Assembly: GCA_946965045.2 (NCBI GenBank)
Contig: OX337242.1
Span: forward strand, 2,356,001 to 2,420,000
Reading direction: 5' to 3'
DNA length: 64,000 nucleotides
Origin: Epithemia pelagica
Lineage: Eukaryota > Protista > Bacillariophyta
This document shows, in pieces, positions 39,214 to 48,418 of this stretch. The notes under the pieces are model-generated. The model ran no database searches. It had not been told where the DNA came from and saw only the letters and a list, made by a program, of their open reading frames with translations. Each line of letters starts with the position of its first letter. The stretch's first letter is position 1. The translations under genes were made by a program, and so were the position numbers.

Positions 39214-42200
39214 TCAGAATAAAATCATCTGTGCCAGTCTTGTCCGCTCCGGACCAGTTTGAATCTTCGTAAGCAGGTCCGCTAAATTTGTCTTAGACGG
39301 TTCAAAAGCAATCTTGCATGTACCGTTTGCCACGTTTTCGCGTACAAAATGATACGCAACTGAATTCGATTTCTTGCGTAGTGTCGATTCCGGTAAGGAA
39401 CTGTTGTAGACCACAGACATATTGTCTACACGCACATGTGCATGTCCGTCCAATGGAATTCCCATCATCCTCATCTTGTATCGTAAGCCTTTCAGCATCT
39501 CCACCCCCACCTTGAGGGCCATAAATTCAGACCCAAACGTAGAAGTCTCAACGCTCGTTTGTTTCTTGCTATACCACGAGATGGGGGCTCGATTCAAGTA
39601 AATGAGCACACCTGTTCTGGAGCGTCGCGTCAAGAGATCTCCAGCATGGTCTGAATCGACGAAGACTGTCATTTGGACCGCTTTGCCTAATGGTTCGGGT
39701 GCATCTGGAGGAATTTCTTCAATGGCTCCAGGATAGAAACCTGTCCAGTCACTCGTTGGTTCATCACCAAGCTCAATATATGATGGATCCATGATGAGCC
39801 GTGAACGATCGTGTAGGTTGAGATAAGCAAACAGATGAAGCATTGCCTCCACATGCCCCTCTCTGGGCCCTGCCAAAAATCCAGCCAACATTGATACTTC
39901 TGCAGCGATGTCAATTCTTCCCAATTCGACAAGCCAGCGAAGCACACCCATTTGCTGTTGATAAAAGTTCATTAGCTGTGGATCACAATATGGTGTTGTG
40001 TCCAATTCAGGACGATACCCACTGGGCAACACACTTGGTGCTCTGGTTTTGAGTTTGCGGTCTTGATTTTCAAGCCATGAGACTACGTTCCGTATGGCTG
40101 CCTTTGCATATTTCTCTGAACTCAACGCCCAGCATCGTTGAGACACGTCATTATTGATATCGAACGTTTGTACTTGTGATCCCAGATAATATTTTGGAAT
40201 ACCAATCGAATCTGGTTTAAGTAGGTAGTGGTGGTCAAGCATTGTCAAAGATTCCATCGGCTTGTGCGAGATGACCAATATGTCGTCTGTATAGACGAAC
40301 AGCATTTCGTAGTAGCGTTCTCCATTTCCCTTTGTAGCTTGACGTAAATAACAGTCTGGATCTGCTCGACATGGGAAATAGCCCAAGTCCTCTTGCAGGG
40401 TAGTGGACAGGAGATCGCGCCAGGCATAAGCACTGGTCTTTAACCCATACAGGGCTTTTGTGATGATCGCAATCCGGCCTTGGTACTCGGTGCCAAATTC
40501 TAAACCGCATCTTGTACAGACCTTTTCAAGGCATGGAGCGTTCAGATAAGCTCCGGCAATATCAGCTGCTTGAATCTCTAATCCATTGAGAGCGGCCAGC
40601 ATGAATCCAATTCGGACACTCTCACGACTGACGACACTTGCGTATGTTGGTGCTTCGGGCTCTTCCGTCCTATGGCCTCCAGCCACATATCTGGCTTTTC
40701 GGGTGAAATCCATCTTGACATCAAAAACGATGTGACAAGGGATTACCTGATAGCCCACTGGTTCTTTGACACCGTCGTCCAGGATTTTGACGGCTGGAAA
40801 AATCTTGGACATCTCCAGTTTCAGGGCTTTACGCCAATAATCCGTACCAGTTTCACGATCAATCTGGAGAGCTCGTTCCACTGTTTTGGGCACCTCAATG
40901 CCGTATTTTTGAGATTGCCGCATGTACCTTGTAGTCTTTGCTGCTTTGATCAGCCTCGTTCTTCTTCGTAGAGTGAATGGGACCCACCATGCAAACGCGG
41001 GTTCTTTCTCTAGTTTGTTCGCAACAGCATACTCAGCGACTTCGATAGGATAGGATTCTTTGAGGTCCTTTAGGGCCTCCCAACTTGAGGAACCGTCCTT
41101 CCATTTAATACATAAGAACCAGCCTCTCGTCGTTTTCTTCTTGTGTTTTCGTCCATTCAATTCGAATTCGCCATCCGATATGGGCACAGCTGTCTTGTCA
41201 GCTTTGTGATCGGTGATTTCCTCCACCATACGATACAAATTGCCCTCATCATCGAGTTGCTCGTAAATATTTTCGGCAATAAGATTTGCCGCATATGACT
41301 GTACATGCCCATCGTCGAATTCAACTTCATAGAGGGTCGTATCCAGATAGGGATTCGTTGAGGCATGTCCGACGACCCGACCCTCTGCGTCTCGTTTCCT
41401 TCTTCTAACCGTCCCCTTTCGTTGATCGTCGCCAAGAGGCAGCATAACTTTAGCAGAAATGAGTTTATCGTATGCATCGGGTGCATAGGCATCGGCTTCT
41501 GGCATCCGAACATCTGGTTGTTCGTCATCTTCGTAGGCCTCAAAAGTAGGCGTGTCAGCCTCATTATCATCTTCATCAGCAATGGGGATACCGGCCATTC
41601 TATTCCCAAGGGCAGCTTTCAGGTTTTCCATATATAAAGCCTGCTGAGCTTTGTGTGCGTCATCCATTTGTGATTCTCGGTGGATTGGCCATACGGAGGT
41701 TCGATGAACTATCTTTCCTTTGTCAGTTAAGACTTTGGCGCACATTGCCTGACCGACGGTATGACTTGGTCCCAGCCAGCGGCCCAATTTGCGACCCTCA
41801 AAGCCAGGGTTACTATACCAAACAAAATCGAACCATCGATGTTCAACGAGGTGGGAAATATCTGGCGTATCGCCAGTGAGTTGTTGAATGGGCGGCCCAT
41901 TCACATTGCTTCCAAAACTCGTGTGGGAGCGTCGTTCCGCCATTAGCATGAGACAATGGTCCCACAATACAGCTGGTGCGTTACTACGCCTCATTTCTCG
42001 TCGGTAGAGGCGCTTCAATTCTCTGATATTGGCCTCAGCCAGGTTTTGGTTTGGAGTCCAGGCTTCCACAGGTTTAATGCGGCATCCGTATTTGTGAGCT
42101 ACCTTCCGAAATTCTTGCGAGGTTAATTCTGGCGCGTTGTCAGGGATGATATGATTGAAAATGCCGTAACTGTCGAAGACAGATGGTAACGTTGTCGGAG

Positions 42201-43194
42201 CGTCGCTTTTCTTTCGCATAGGGACGAAATGGACCCAGCCAAAGTCGGTGGCAAAAATCTGCCCGCATGTATGTTGATCCAGTGATTTCGTCTCAGAAAA
42301 CAGTGTATCGGTGTACACATCTGCTCTCAGTCGGCGATGCCGCAGTTGGTATGCCGTGTGTTTCAAACGGCGACTCCCTCCTTGATCAGTAAACTCTCGG
42401 ACACCCAACTGTGTCGTCTGCTGGAATGTCCGCTCAGCGCTAGGAAGTCCAATACTCCATCGTTGTGCCAATTCATCTGGACGTATTGTCCCCTTTCGCC
42501 TATGTCCAATATCTGATACGTGGACATGAATGGCGCGATTATTCACTCGTAGTGTCTTTGTCATTGCAAGGTTGATCGTCCGCTCACGCTTTTCTTCTGA
42601 GGCGTTCACTTGTACTGAATCCCGGAGTGCCCTTTCATCAACGTCAGGTGTTGAGTCATTCGGCTGCCATTCGGGTCTTTCATTTGTCATGTCGATTCGG
42701 CAAGAAGGATCTATTGTTTCAATCTCTTCTTTCGTGGGCTTGCGCGTACAGAATTGGCTTAGAACGCCAACAAGATCGAGTGGAATGCGCAATTCGCCCA
42801 GTTCGTTGTCCCTTGCAATGATACTGTGGGATCGTTGGGTTCGGTCCCCTGCTTTCAAGTATTTCAACGGCACATCGTTGACTTCAATACCGGCCTCCCT
42901 CATTTGATTCGGATTAAGGAGGCATTTGTCTTTTAATTGTGGTAGATGTAGAGCTTGATGAAAATAAAGAAGGAACGTTTGGCCTGTTTCCTGGTCGTCA
43001 TATGCCAATACACCAGTAATTACACCGGCCTCTTTAATCTTGCCAAGACTCTCAACAAAACCACTGACATCAGCCGTATCTGTTTGATACAGAACATAGC
43101 ATTCAGATCCCAGACAGCATGTATCCGCATGACTGTCGAGCTCACACCTGATTAGGGGAACTGAGATCTCACGAGAAGTTGTCGCAGACATCAC
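39214..43194 (-). CDS. Copia pol (protease, integrase, RT, RNase H)
   Basis: ELDSHADT (protease); TDTLF...PDNAPE...AEANIRELK (integrase DDE); HIVFDVK...RKARYVAGGH, ADIAGAYLNA, KALYGLK, VYTDD (RT); VDSDHAGD, SEFMALK, VDNMSV (RNase H). Confidence 0.95.
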   Translation of the reverse strand: MMSATTSREISVPLIRCELDSHADTCCLGSECYVLYQTDTADVSGFVESLGKIKEAGVITGVLAYDDQETGQTFLLYFHQALHLPQLKDKCLLNPNQMREAGIEVNDVPLKYLKAGDRTQRSHSIIARDNELGELRIPLDLVGVLSQFCTRKPTKEEIETIDPSCRIDMTNERPEWQPNDSTPDVDERALRDSVQVNASEEKRERTINLAMTKTLRVNNRAIHVHVSDIGHRRKGTIRPDELAQRWSIGLPSAERTFQQTTQLGVREFTDQGGSRRLKHTAYQLRHRRLRADVYTDTLFSETKSLDQHTCGQIFATDFGWVHFVPMRKKSDAPTTLPSVFDSYGIFNHIIPDNAPELTSQEFRKVAHKYGCRIKPVEAWTPNQNLAEANIRELKRLYRREMRRSNAPAVLWDHCLMLMAERRSHTSFGSNVNGPPIQQLTGDTPDISHLVEHRWFDFVWYSNPGFEGRKLGRWLGPSHTVGQAMCAKVLTDKGKIVHRTSVWPIHRESQMDDAHKAQQALYMENLKAALGNRMAGIPIADEDDNEADTPTFEAYEDDEQPDVRMPEADAYAPDAYDKLISAKVMLPLGDDQRKGTVRRRKRDAEGRVVGHASTNPYLDTTLYEVEFDDGHVQSYAANLIAENIYEQLDDEGNLYRMVEEITDHKADKTAVPISDGEFELNGRKHKKKTTRGWFLCIKWKDGSSSWEALKDLKESYPIEVAEYAVANKLEKEPAFAWWVPFTLRRRTRLIKAAKTTRYMRQSQKYGIEVPKTVERALQIDRETGTDYWRKALKLEMSKIFPAVKILDDGVKEPVGYQVIPCHIVFDVKMDFTRKARYVAGGHRTEEPEAPTYASVVSRESVRIGFMLAALNGLEIQAADIAGAYLNAPCLEKVCTRCGLEFGTEYQGRIAIITKALYGLKTSAYAWRDLLSTTLQEDLGYFPCRADPDCYLRQATKGNGERYYEMLFVYTDDILVISHKPMESLTMLDHHYLLKPDSIGIPKYYLGSQVQTFDINNDVSQRCWALSSEKYAKAAIRNVVSWLENQDRKLKTRAPSVLPSGYRPELDTTPYCDPQLMNFYQQQMGVLRWLVELGRIDIAAEVSMLAGFLAGPREGHVEAMLHLFAYLNLHDRSRLIMDPSYIELGDEPTSDWTGFYPGAIEEIPPDAPEPLGKAVQMTVFVDSDHAGDLLTRRSRTGVLIYLNRAPISWYSKKQTSVETSTFGSEFMALKVGVEMLKGLRYKMRMMGIPLDGHAHVRVDNMSVVYNSSLPESTLRKKSNSVAYHFVRENVANGTCKIAFEPSKTNLADLLTKIQTGPERTRLAQMILF

Positions 43195-43200
43195 ACTGTG

Positions 43201-44628
43201 TCAAACGCTTCTCCTTTTACGTTGGCTCATGATAGCGCCGACACCCTTTGTGTCGTTATCGTGGCTCTCAGACGATTCATCCGTAATGTCGGGTGTTTCG
43301 TCTCCATCATTTTGACGAGGCTTCTTGTTGGGCTTGCTGGAAATAGCCCCAACTCCTCTTCGTTTATCACGCTTTTCTCTGGCGTCGCGTACTCGTTGAC
43401 GTTCCTCGCCACTGAGCTTAGCCCATTCGTTGGGTTTATAATAGCGGTCTGTTATTTCTTTCTCTTTCTTGTTTTCATTTTTCTTATTATTCTTTCCACC
43501 ACCTTTGTTGGGCGTGGAAGTAGATACACCAGAGATTCTTGCTTGTTTCCGACTTGCTGCGCTATAGGAAACCTTGCTATCAAGGACTTCCGCAAGGAAA
43601 TTTGACGCATTCTCAAAGGTAGAGCGCAGAAATGGTGTTGCCAGGATTTGATTCTTGGCACTCTCAAGGCGAGAGTCAGAAGTTCCTGTCATCAGGATTC
43701 TCACCTTTCGCTCTTCGCTTACGGTCTCTCCTGTTGATTCGAGATCCGTAAATGCTCGTTGGAGAGTTTCGATGTAACGCTCGTACGTGTAGTTACGCTT
43801 GGACCCGTCATAATAGGTGCTCTCAAGGATTTGATCAGCCTTAGCCCGAAGACGTGACTGAAAGGCATCACCGAGATAGTGGGATTTGAGAGCTAAATAA
43901 GCGGCTCGTCCATTGCGGGTGCGTGCAAAAGACATCACCCAACCCCAGCCAGGGCCATCATGTGTAACATGGCGGATCGTCTCCCATACAGCAACCATGT
44001 CCGTTGTAGCTGTTGGGCCTTCATGTGAAGCTCGACGAATCATCTCGGAGAGAATAGTTGGTGTTCCAAAGCCATTCGGATCAGTTGCTTCTGGTTCGAC
44101 AACAGGATTTGCTCGTACATATGCGGCAAGTGGAATGCCACTCACTCCACGTTTGCGTTCGAAGTAATTGTCCAAATCCTCTAGGACAACTCGAATATTG
44201 TCTACACTGGTGAGTTTCCCAGGTAGTTCGACATCATTATCGTATTCGTCTTCAGCTTCCTTGAATCGATAGAGTAGAGTCAGGTCATTCATCGTTGGCG
44301 GAACCGCAGCGAAGGTGCGGTTTATTTTCCCGATATGCACGATATAATAACGAAGCATCTTCAGTTTCTTCTCGACCAGGTGTCCAATGAGCACTCCTGG
44401 ATTAGCAATCATTGCTGGCACACCAGCTGGATCTGGGTTCGGGATGAGGCCACCTGGTTTACGGGCATTGGTACAAATTTCAGCGACATCTGCTTCGCTA
44501 AGAGCCTCAAAATCATAGGCGGAGGTTAGACCTTGCCCGTTGATTGCAGTACGAACTGCTGGATCAGTAATCCCCAATACAACGTCCATGTAGACGTTGA
44601 GCAGTTGCATAGGATTGGCGGCTGCCAT
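43201..44628 (-). CDS. Copia gag
   Basis: 475-aa ORF directly upstream of pol in the same frame; helical capsid-like core and basic C-terminus. Confidence 0.8.
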   Translation of the reverse strand: MAAANPMQLLNVYMDVVLGITDPAVRTAINGQGLTSAYDFEALSEADVAEICTNARKPGGLIPNPDPAGVPAMIANPGVLIGHLVEKKLKMLRYYIVHIGKINRTFAAVPPTMNDLTLLYRFKEAEDEYDNDVELPGKLTSVDNIRVVLEDLDNYFERKRGVSGIPLAAYVRANPVVEPEATDPNGFGTPTILSEMIRRASHEGPTATTDMVAVWETIRHVTHDGPGWGWVMSFARTRNGRAAYLALKSHYLGDAFQSRLRAKADQILESTYYDGSKRNYTYERYIETLQRAFTDLESTGETVSEERKVRILMTGTSDSRLESAKNQILATPFLRSTFENASNFLAEVLDSKVSYSAASRKQARISGVSTSTPNKGGGKNNKKNENKKEKEITDRYYKPNEWAKLSGEERQRVRDAREKRDKRRGVGAISSKPNKKPRQNDGDETPDITDESSESHDNDTKGVGAIMSQRKRRSV

Positions 44629-45053
44629 GGTTGCGAGGATTCTTTGTCTTTTTCGGACTCGTTCAGACTTTCCAGCGAAGTGAGGTTTTCTTCTTCTTTG
44701 GGGAATTTACACGTCATGGTCTCAGTTCTACTTGCGAGCGTGCGGTAGAATCGGAGTTGGAGAGCTTGCATGGTGTGCTAGGACGGCGCACGTCATTTAA
44801 GTAATGAACATGTCCGTATAGCTTCATCCCCAACGGCAGGATGTTCGGCGCGTCCGCCATTGCCCGGTGTGTGCGCATACGCGGACCACACACCACATTC
44901 ATCCATCTCGAGCCCCGTTGCAGGCGAGATATTAGTGAGATGAACGGGAGTACAGGTGTCCAACCTTGGGCAGTCATTCTTCCAAGCGAATGATCTAGAT
45001 ATTTCGCGACCTTCCCAGGCCATGGTGGGTATAGCATCTCATTAGTTATTGCA

Positions 45054-45070
45054 TTGGGTCTGATAAACCA
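45054..45070 (-). promoter_or_regulatory. Putative primer-binding site
   Basis: TGGTTTATCAGACCCAA begins immediately after the 5' LTR; the TGG start fits a tRNA CCA end. Confidence 0.65.
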
Positions 45071-45182
45071 AATTACGATCGTGCGTCTAAGTGAAAAACT
45101 GAAATAGTGAGCTCTAAGCTACGCGTCCCTCATGGGTTAGCTACTCGCCCAAAATTCGCTTAATATCAGTCGCCTTTCTTGG
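45071..45182 (-). repeat. 5' LTR
   Basis: Identical to 38899-39010. Confidence 0.95.
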
Positions 45183-45367
45183 CATCACTGGATAAATATG
45201 TCCACCCGCATATTCATTGATGATCTTGATGAGCTCCGTGATTTGAGCTGTCTTGCCGGCATCAGCGTCGCAGCAGAAGTGCGCAAAGCAGCCTTTCGTC
45301 GACAAATCATCCTCGGAGAGGAACAACCGGAATGTTGAGAACGTGTAGCTAAAACGGTTGGAGACAC
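45183..45367 (-). pseudogene. Crinkler-like gene, segment upstream of the Copia insertion
   Basis: ...ITELIKIINEYAGGHIYPVM joins in frame to RLSELL at 38893 and below. Confidence 0.55.
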
Positions 45368-45372
45368 TGTCT

Positions 45373-46499
45373 ACGCTGCGAGTGTACAGGTGCTCACCAC
45401 AACCGCGAATGATACTGCTTTGAAAGCACTGTTGAATGCTGCCAAGGTACCAGAACTCCAAAGTTTGGCGCTCCCTTCATTGCACCGAATTGTCCGGAGA
45501 AAAGCTCCAAAGCACAAGAGCAAAATGCTTGTGCTTCTTTCCAATGACTCTCTGATGAGGCCCGGTGGATCCGACAGAGACATGGATGGATCTCGCAGCA
45601 TTACAGAAGTTCAAACGGCCCGACTCGTGGAATCTCTCTGCCGATCCACTTCAGTGAATGAACCGTGTCACTCAAATCTAATGGATGCTCTGACCTCCAT
45701 GTCACTTTCGTCTTCTGCCGCTGTTCGGTATTGGGCGGCCAAGGCCTTTCAAGGTCAGGCCATTGACAAACTCAACTAATTCTTCCTCGCGCGGACACCG
45801 GCCATGCTCCGATCAATTGTGATGCTGGTAAAAGACCCTGTGGGACGCGTACGTGAGAAAGCGACATTGGTTGTCTCGCAATTGGCTTCGCAACGAATGA
45901 ATGCCAAATTGCTGAGATATAATTACCAGCTCTTGGAAGCTCTCTTGCTCAATGCACGTATTCGCTGCACCAGCAGCAAACGTCCGTCCCCCATGTCCAA
46001 GACCAGTACACCTCCCACAGTGGCAGCGCGTCTCTCTGTGCAAGGTATCTTAACATTGGCTAGCCAAGAACCGTCACGAGAGCGCATTGCCAAGTATAAG
46101 AATTGCGTGGCGACACTTGCTGCTTATGGTGTCTCGCAAGATGGCGATGTGGAGCTCCGAAAGGCCGCCTTGCATGGTGTGATTATGCTTGCACACCTCT
46201 TGTAACATGATTTGACAGTGATCTAAGAATAAATGTATGCATATGGATGTTGGTGCTTCTCGAGATGTGCCCTTGTTCTCTTTCCGGAGATCGAATCTAT
46301 CTCATGACACGGAAAGGGGTTTTAGGCACATGCAGACACTAATTTGACCCTTTAGTTACATGATCATGATGGTATAACGTCTGTGCATGATATCGAAGGG
46401 ATACCAGTAGTGTCGTTCCAAAACTCGCCGGATAACTTTACTCGGCGACGTCGTCCCTTGTAGATATACAAAGTCCCTGTCAAAAACTTTACCTTGGTC
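45373..46499 (+). pseudogene. Inverted partial duplicate of 27770-28897 (3' half of the ARM gene, intergenic DNA, 3' end of the Tudor-like gene)
   Basis: Near-identical translation; CAA to TAA nonsense change at 45777-45779; no 5' half. Confidence 0.9.
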
Positions 46500-46676
46500 C
46501 TATTTCATACCAACAAGATGATTTCCACCGGTCTACCTACTCGCTTAACGGGCGCAGAGGAAGTATTCTAGTTCTCGTGCAATGGATGTAGGTTTTATTG
46601 ATTATTGTGGCCTGTTTTACCGTGTTCTCGATTTGATGGTATGTTTTCTTCGTGATGTATTTTATCCGCTGGTCCT

Positions 46677-47849
46677 TTATGACTTCAACTGTGCTCCTTC
46701 TAAAGTGCTGGCATTGTATTCCACAGCTATCTGAAATCCACTCTCGCCATTCCTTGTCTGAGACTCAAGAAAATATCTCACCCATTCCCATGGAAGACCC
46801 CCGTAGTATCTCATGACCCACAACGTGTTTCCGAATTCCAAATAGGAAACGTTGAACTTGTTGTCACCACTGCCACCATTCATATGAATCATGGCTGCTT
46901 TCGGCGCATTTTCAACAAGCTTTGTTCCATCCCCGTGCCAGCGCCAAAAATTGTCGGCTCGGTGCAAATTCCACTGTTGGGGAAGGTACACAAAGAGGTC
47001 TGGGCGAACATCGGAAAGTCTCCGCAGTACAAACTGATCATCAATCTCATCGTCACTAGCAGAAATATTCGAATAGGCCTTGTTAACCAATTTCCAAAAG
47101 TTTTGCCGTCTCATTTGTTCCAAGTTGAATACTCCAAACCCTGAGCAATTGGCATCTCCCCACTGCAATATACTCGTGGTATTCCGATGTCGCCATAGGT
47201 CTGCCAAATTAGACAATACCGCAGTATCGGTATCCATATAGACCACATGCTTCACGGTTGGTGGCAAAACGTCAAAGGCAAATAGGCGAAACATGGCACC
47301 AATGGTATGATACGTCCTCAGTTGTTTGTTGGTGGTCTGTTCGAAAATAGTTTGCCACTTTGCCTTGTGAGACTCCACATCGTAGCTCTTGATATGAATC
47401 GGATTTCTCGTCACAAAGTCACGTAATCCCATTGCATCGAATCTTGAATGAATCGCTTTGTAGGCTGGGTCGTCCGTCATGATATGAATGGTCATCCCAC
47501 AATCCAATGGCGCATTCTGCAAGGTTGATTTCAAGGAAGCAGAAAACTCATCCAGAGAGTCTTGATTGTCTCCACTAATTGTGTATAGAACCTGAACCTC
47601 ATCGTCGAGGGGACATGTCAAGGTTTTGCTTTCCAATGTCGCAAGAGTCCTCTCGATATCGTGATTGAAAGCTCCAAGATACAGATTGACCGTCGTGACC
47701 AGACCAAACCCAATCAACAACACAAAAAATATTCCGACAACAGAAGACATGGAATTGCGACGACTTGGCTTCATTTTCATATTCCAGTTCTTGAACACTC
47801 TGCTTGGGTATCTTTGGTTCGAGGTTGTTGGATTCATTTTATGGCCCAT
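46677..47849 (-). CDS. Glycosyltransferase, GT-A fold, family 8-like (type II membrane)
   Basis: N-terminal TM anchor VVGIFFVLLIGFGLV; RLFAFDVLP...VVYMDTD (DxD); DDQFVL; LPQQWN; IHMNG. Confidence 0.8.
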   Translation of the reverse strand: MGHKMNPTTSNQRYPSRVFKNWNMKMKPSRRNSMSSVVGIFFVLLIGFGLVTTVNLYLGAFNHDIERTLATLESKTLTCPLDDEVQVLYTISGDNQDSLDEFSASLKSTLQNAPLDCGMTIHIMTDDPAYKAIHSRFDAMGLRDFVTRNPIHIKSYDVESHKAKWQTIFEQTTNKQLRTYHTIGAMFRLFAFDVLPPTVKHVVYMDTDTAVLSNLADLWRHRNTTSILQWGDANCSGFGVFNLEQMRRQNFWKLVNKAYSNISASDDEIDDQFVLRRLSDVRPDLFVYLPQQWNLHRADNFWRWHGDGTKLVENAPKAAMIHMNGGSGDNKFNVSYLEFGNTLWVMRYYGGLPWEWVRYFLESQTRNGESGFQIAVEYNASTLEGAQLKS

Positions 47850-48137
47850 GCATGTAAGTTGGGGAAATCATCTGGCGCCAAATTGATCTGTCCTGTATGG
47901 GCGGTGGTGCTTCAGCTGTTGGTTGCTGTAGTCGTGTGTGTGTGTGCGCGCCATGGTTCATGGTTGGTGGGCATGGAGTGAACAGCCGAGTTCGGCTACG
48001 GGGGGTCCGCGCTTTTCGCCAATTCCACGCACTGACAGCGTCCGTGGGGTAAGAATCACATTGGCAGAATGTCCGTTCATGGCCCAATTTACTGTAGCAA
48101 ACAGTCTACATTCCACATGTGTACACATAAACCAATC

Positions 48138-48351
48138 CCGCATCGTACCGCTCCGGTCAAGAAGGGACCGACGGACGAACGCAGAGAAGACATCGATCCC
48201 AACGAGTACTCAGGTCGAGAGAGTTCGTTGGGACAGTCATTTGAATGACTGTCCCAACAAAAGTTCAGCAATCATAAATTGTTGGAAAGAAGAAGGTGCG
48301 CAGTCATCAAGGATTTGATCACCCATTGATTCTGTGTATTCTGCTTCTTTC
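48138..48351 (+). repeat. Split direct repeat A1
   Basis: Matches 56561-56774. Confidence 0.95.
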
Positions 48352-48418
48352 TCTTCGGTTTTCTTGTTTTCCTCCCTGTTCGGCCGTGCCATCCACCTCA
48401 TTCGTGTCATCGTTTCTC

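Larger units (their letters stand above)
38899..45182 (-). mobile_element. Ty1/Copia LTR retrotransposon (CoDi-like), full length, recent
   Basis: Identical 112-bp LTRs (38899-39010, 45071-45182); CATCA on both flanks (5-bp TSD); gag then PR-IN-RT-RH order. Confidence 0.95.

Noticed and set aside
43194-43200. RSS heptamer CACAGTG just after the Copia gag stop
   Set aside because: No nonamer at 12 or 23 nt; a 7-mer is expected several times by chance in 64 kb.
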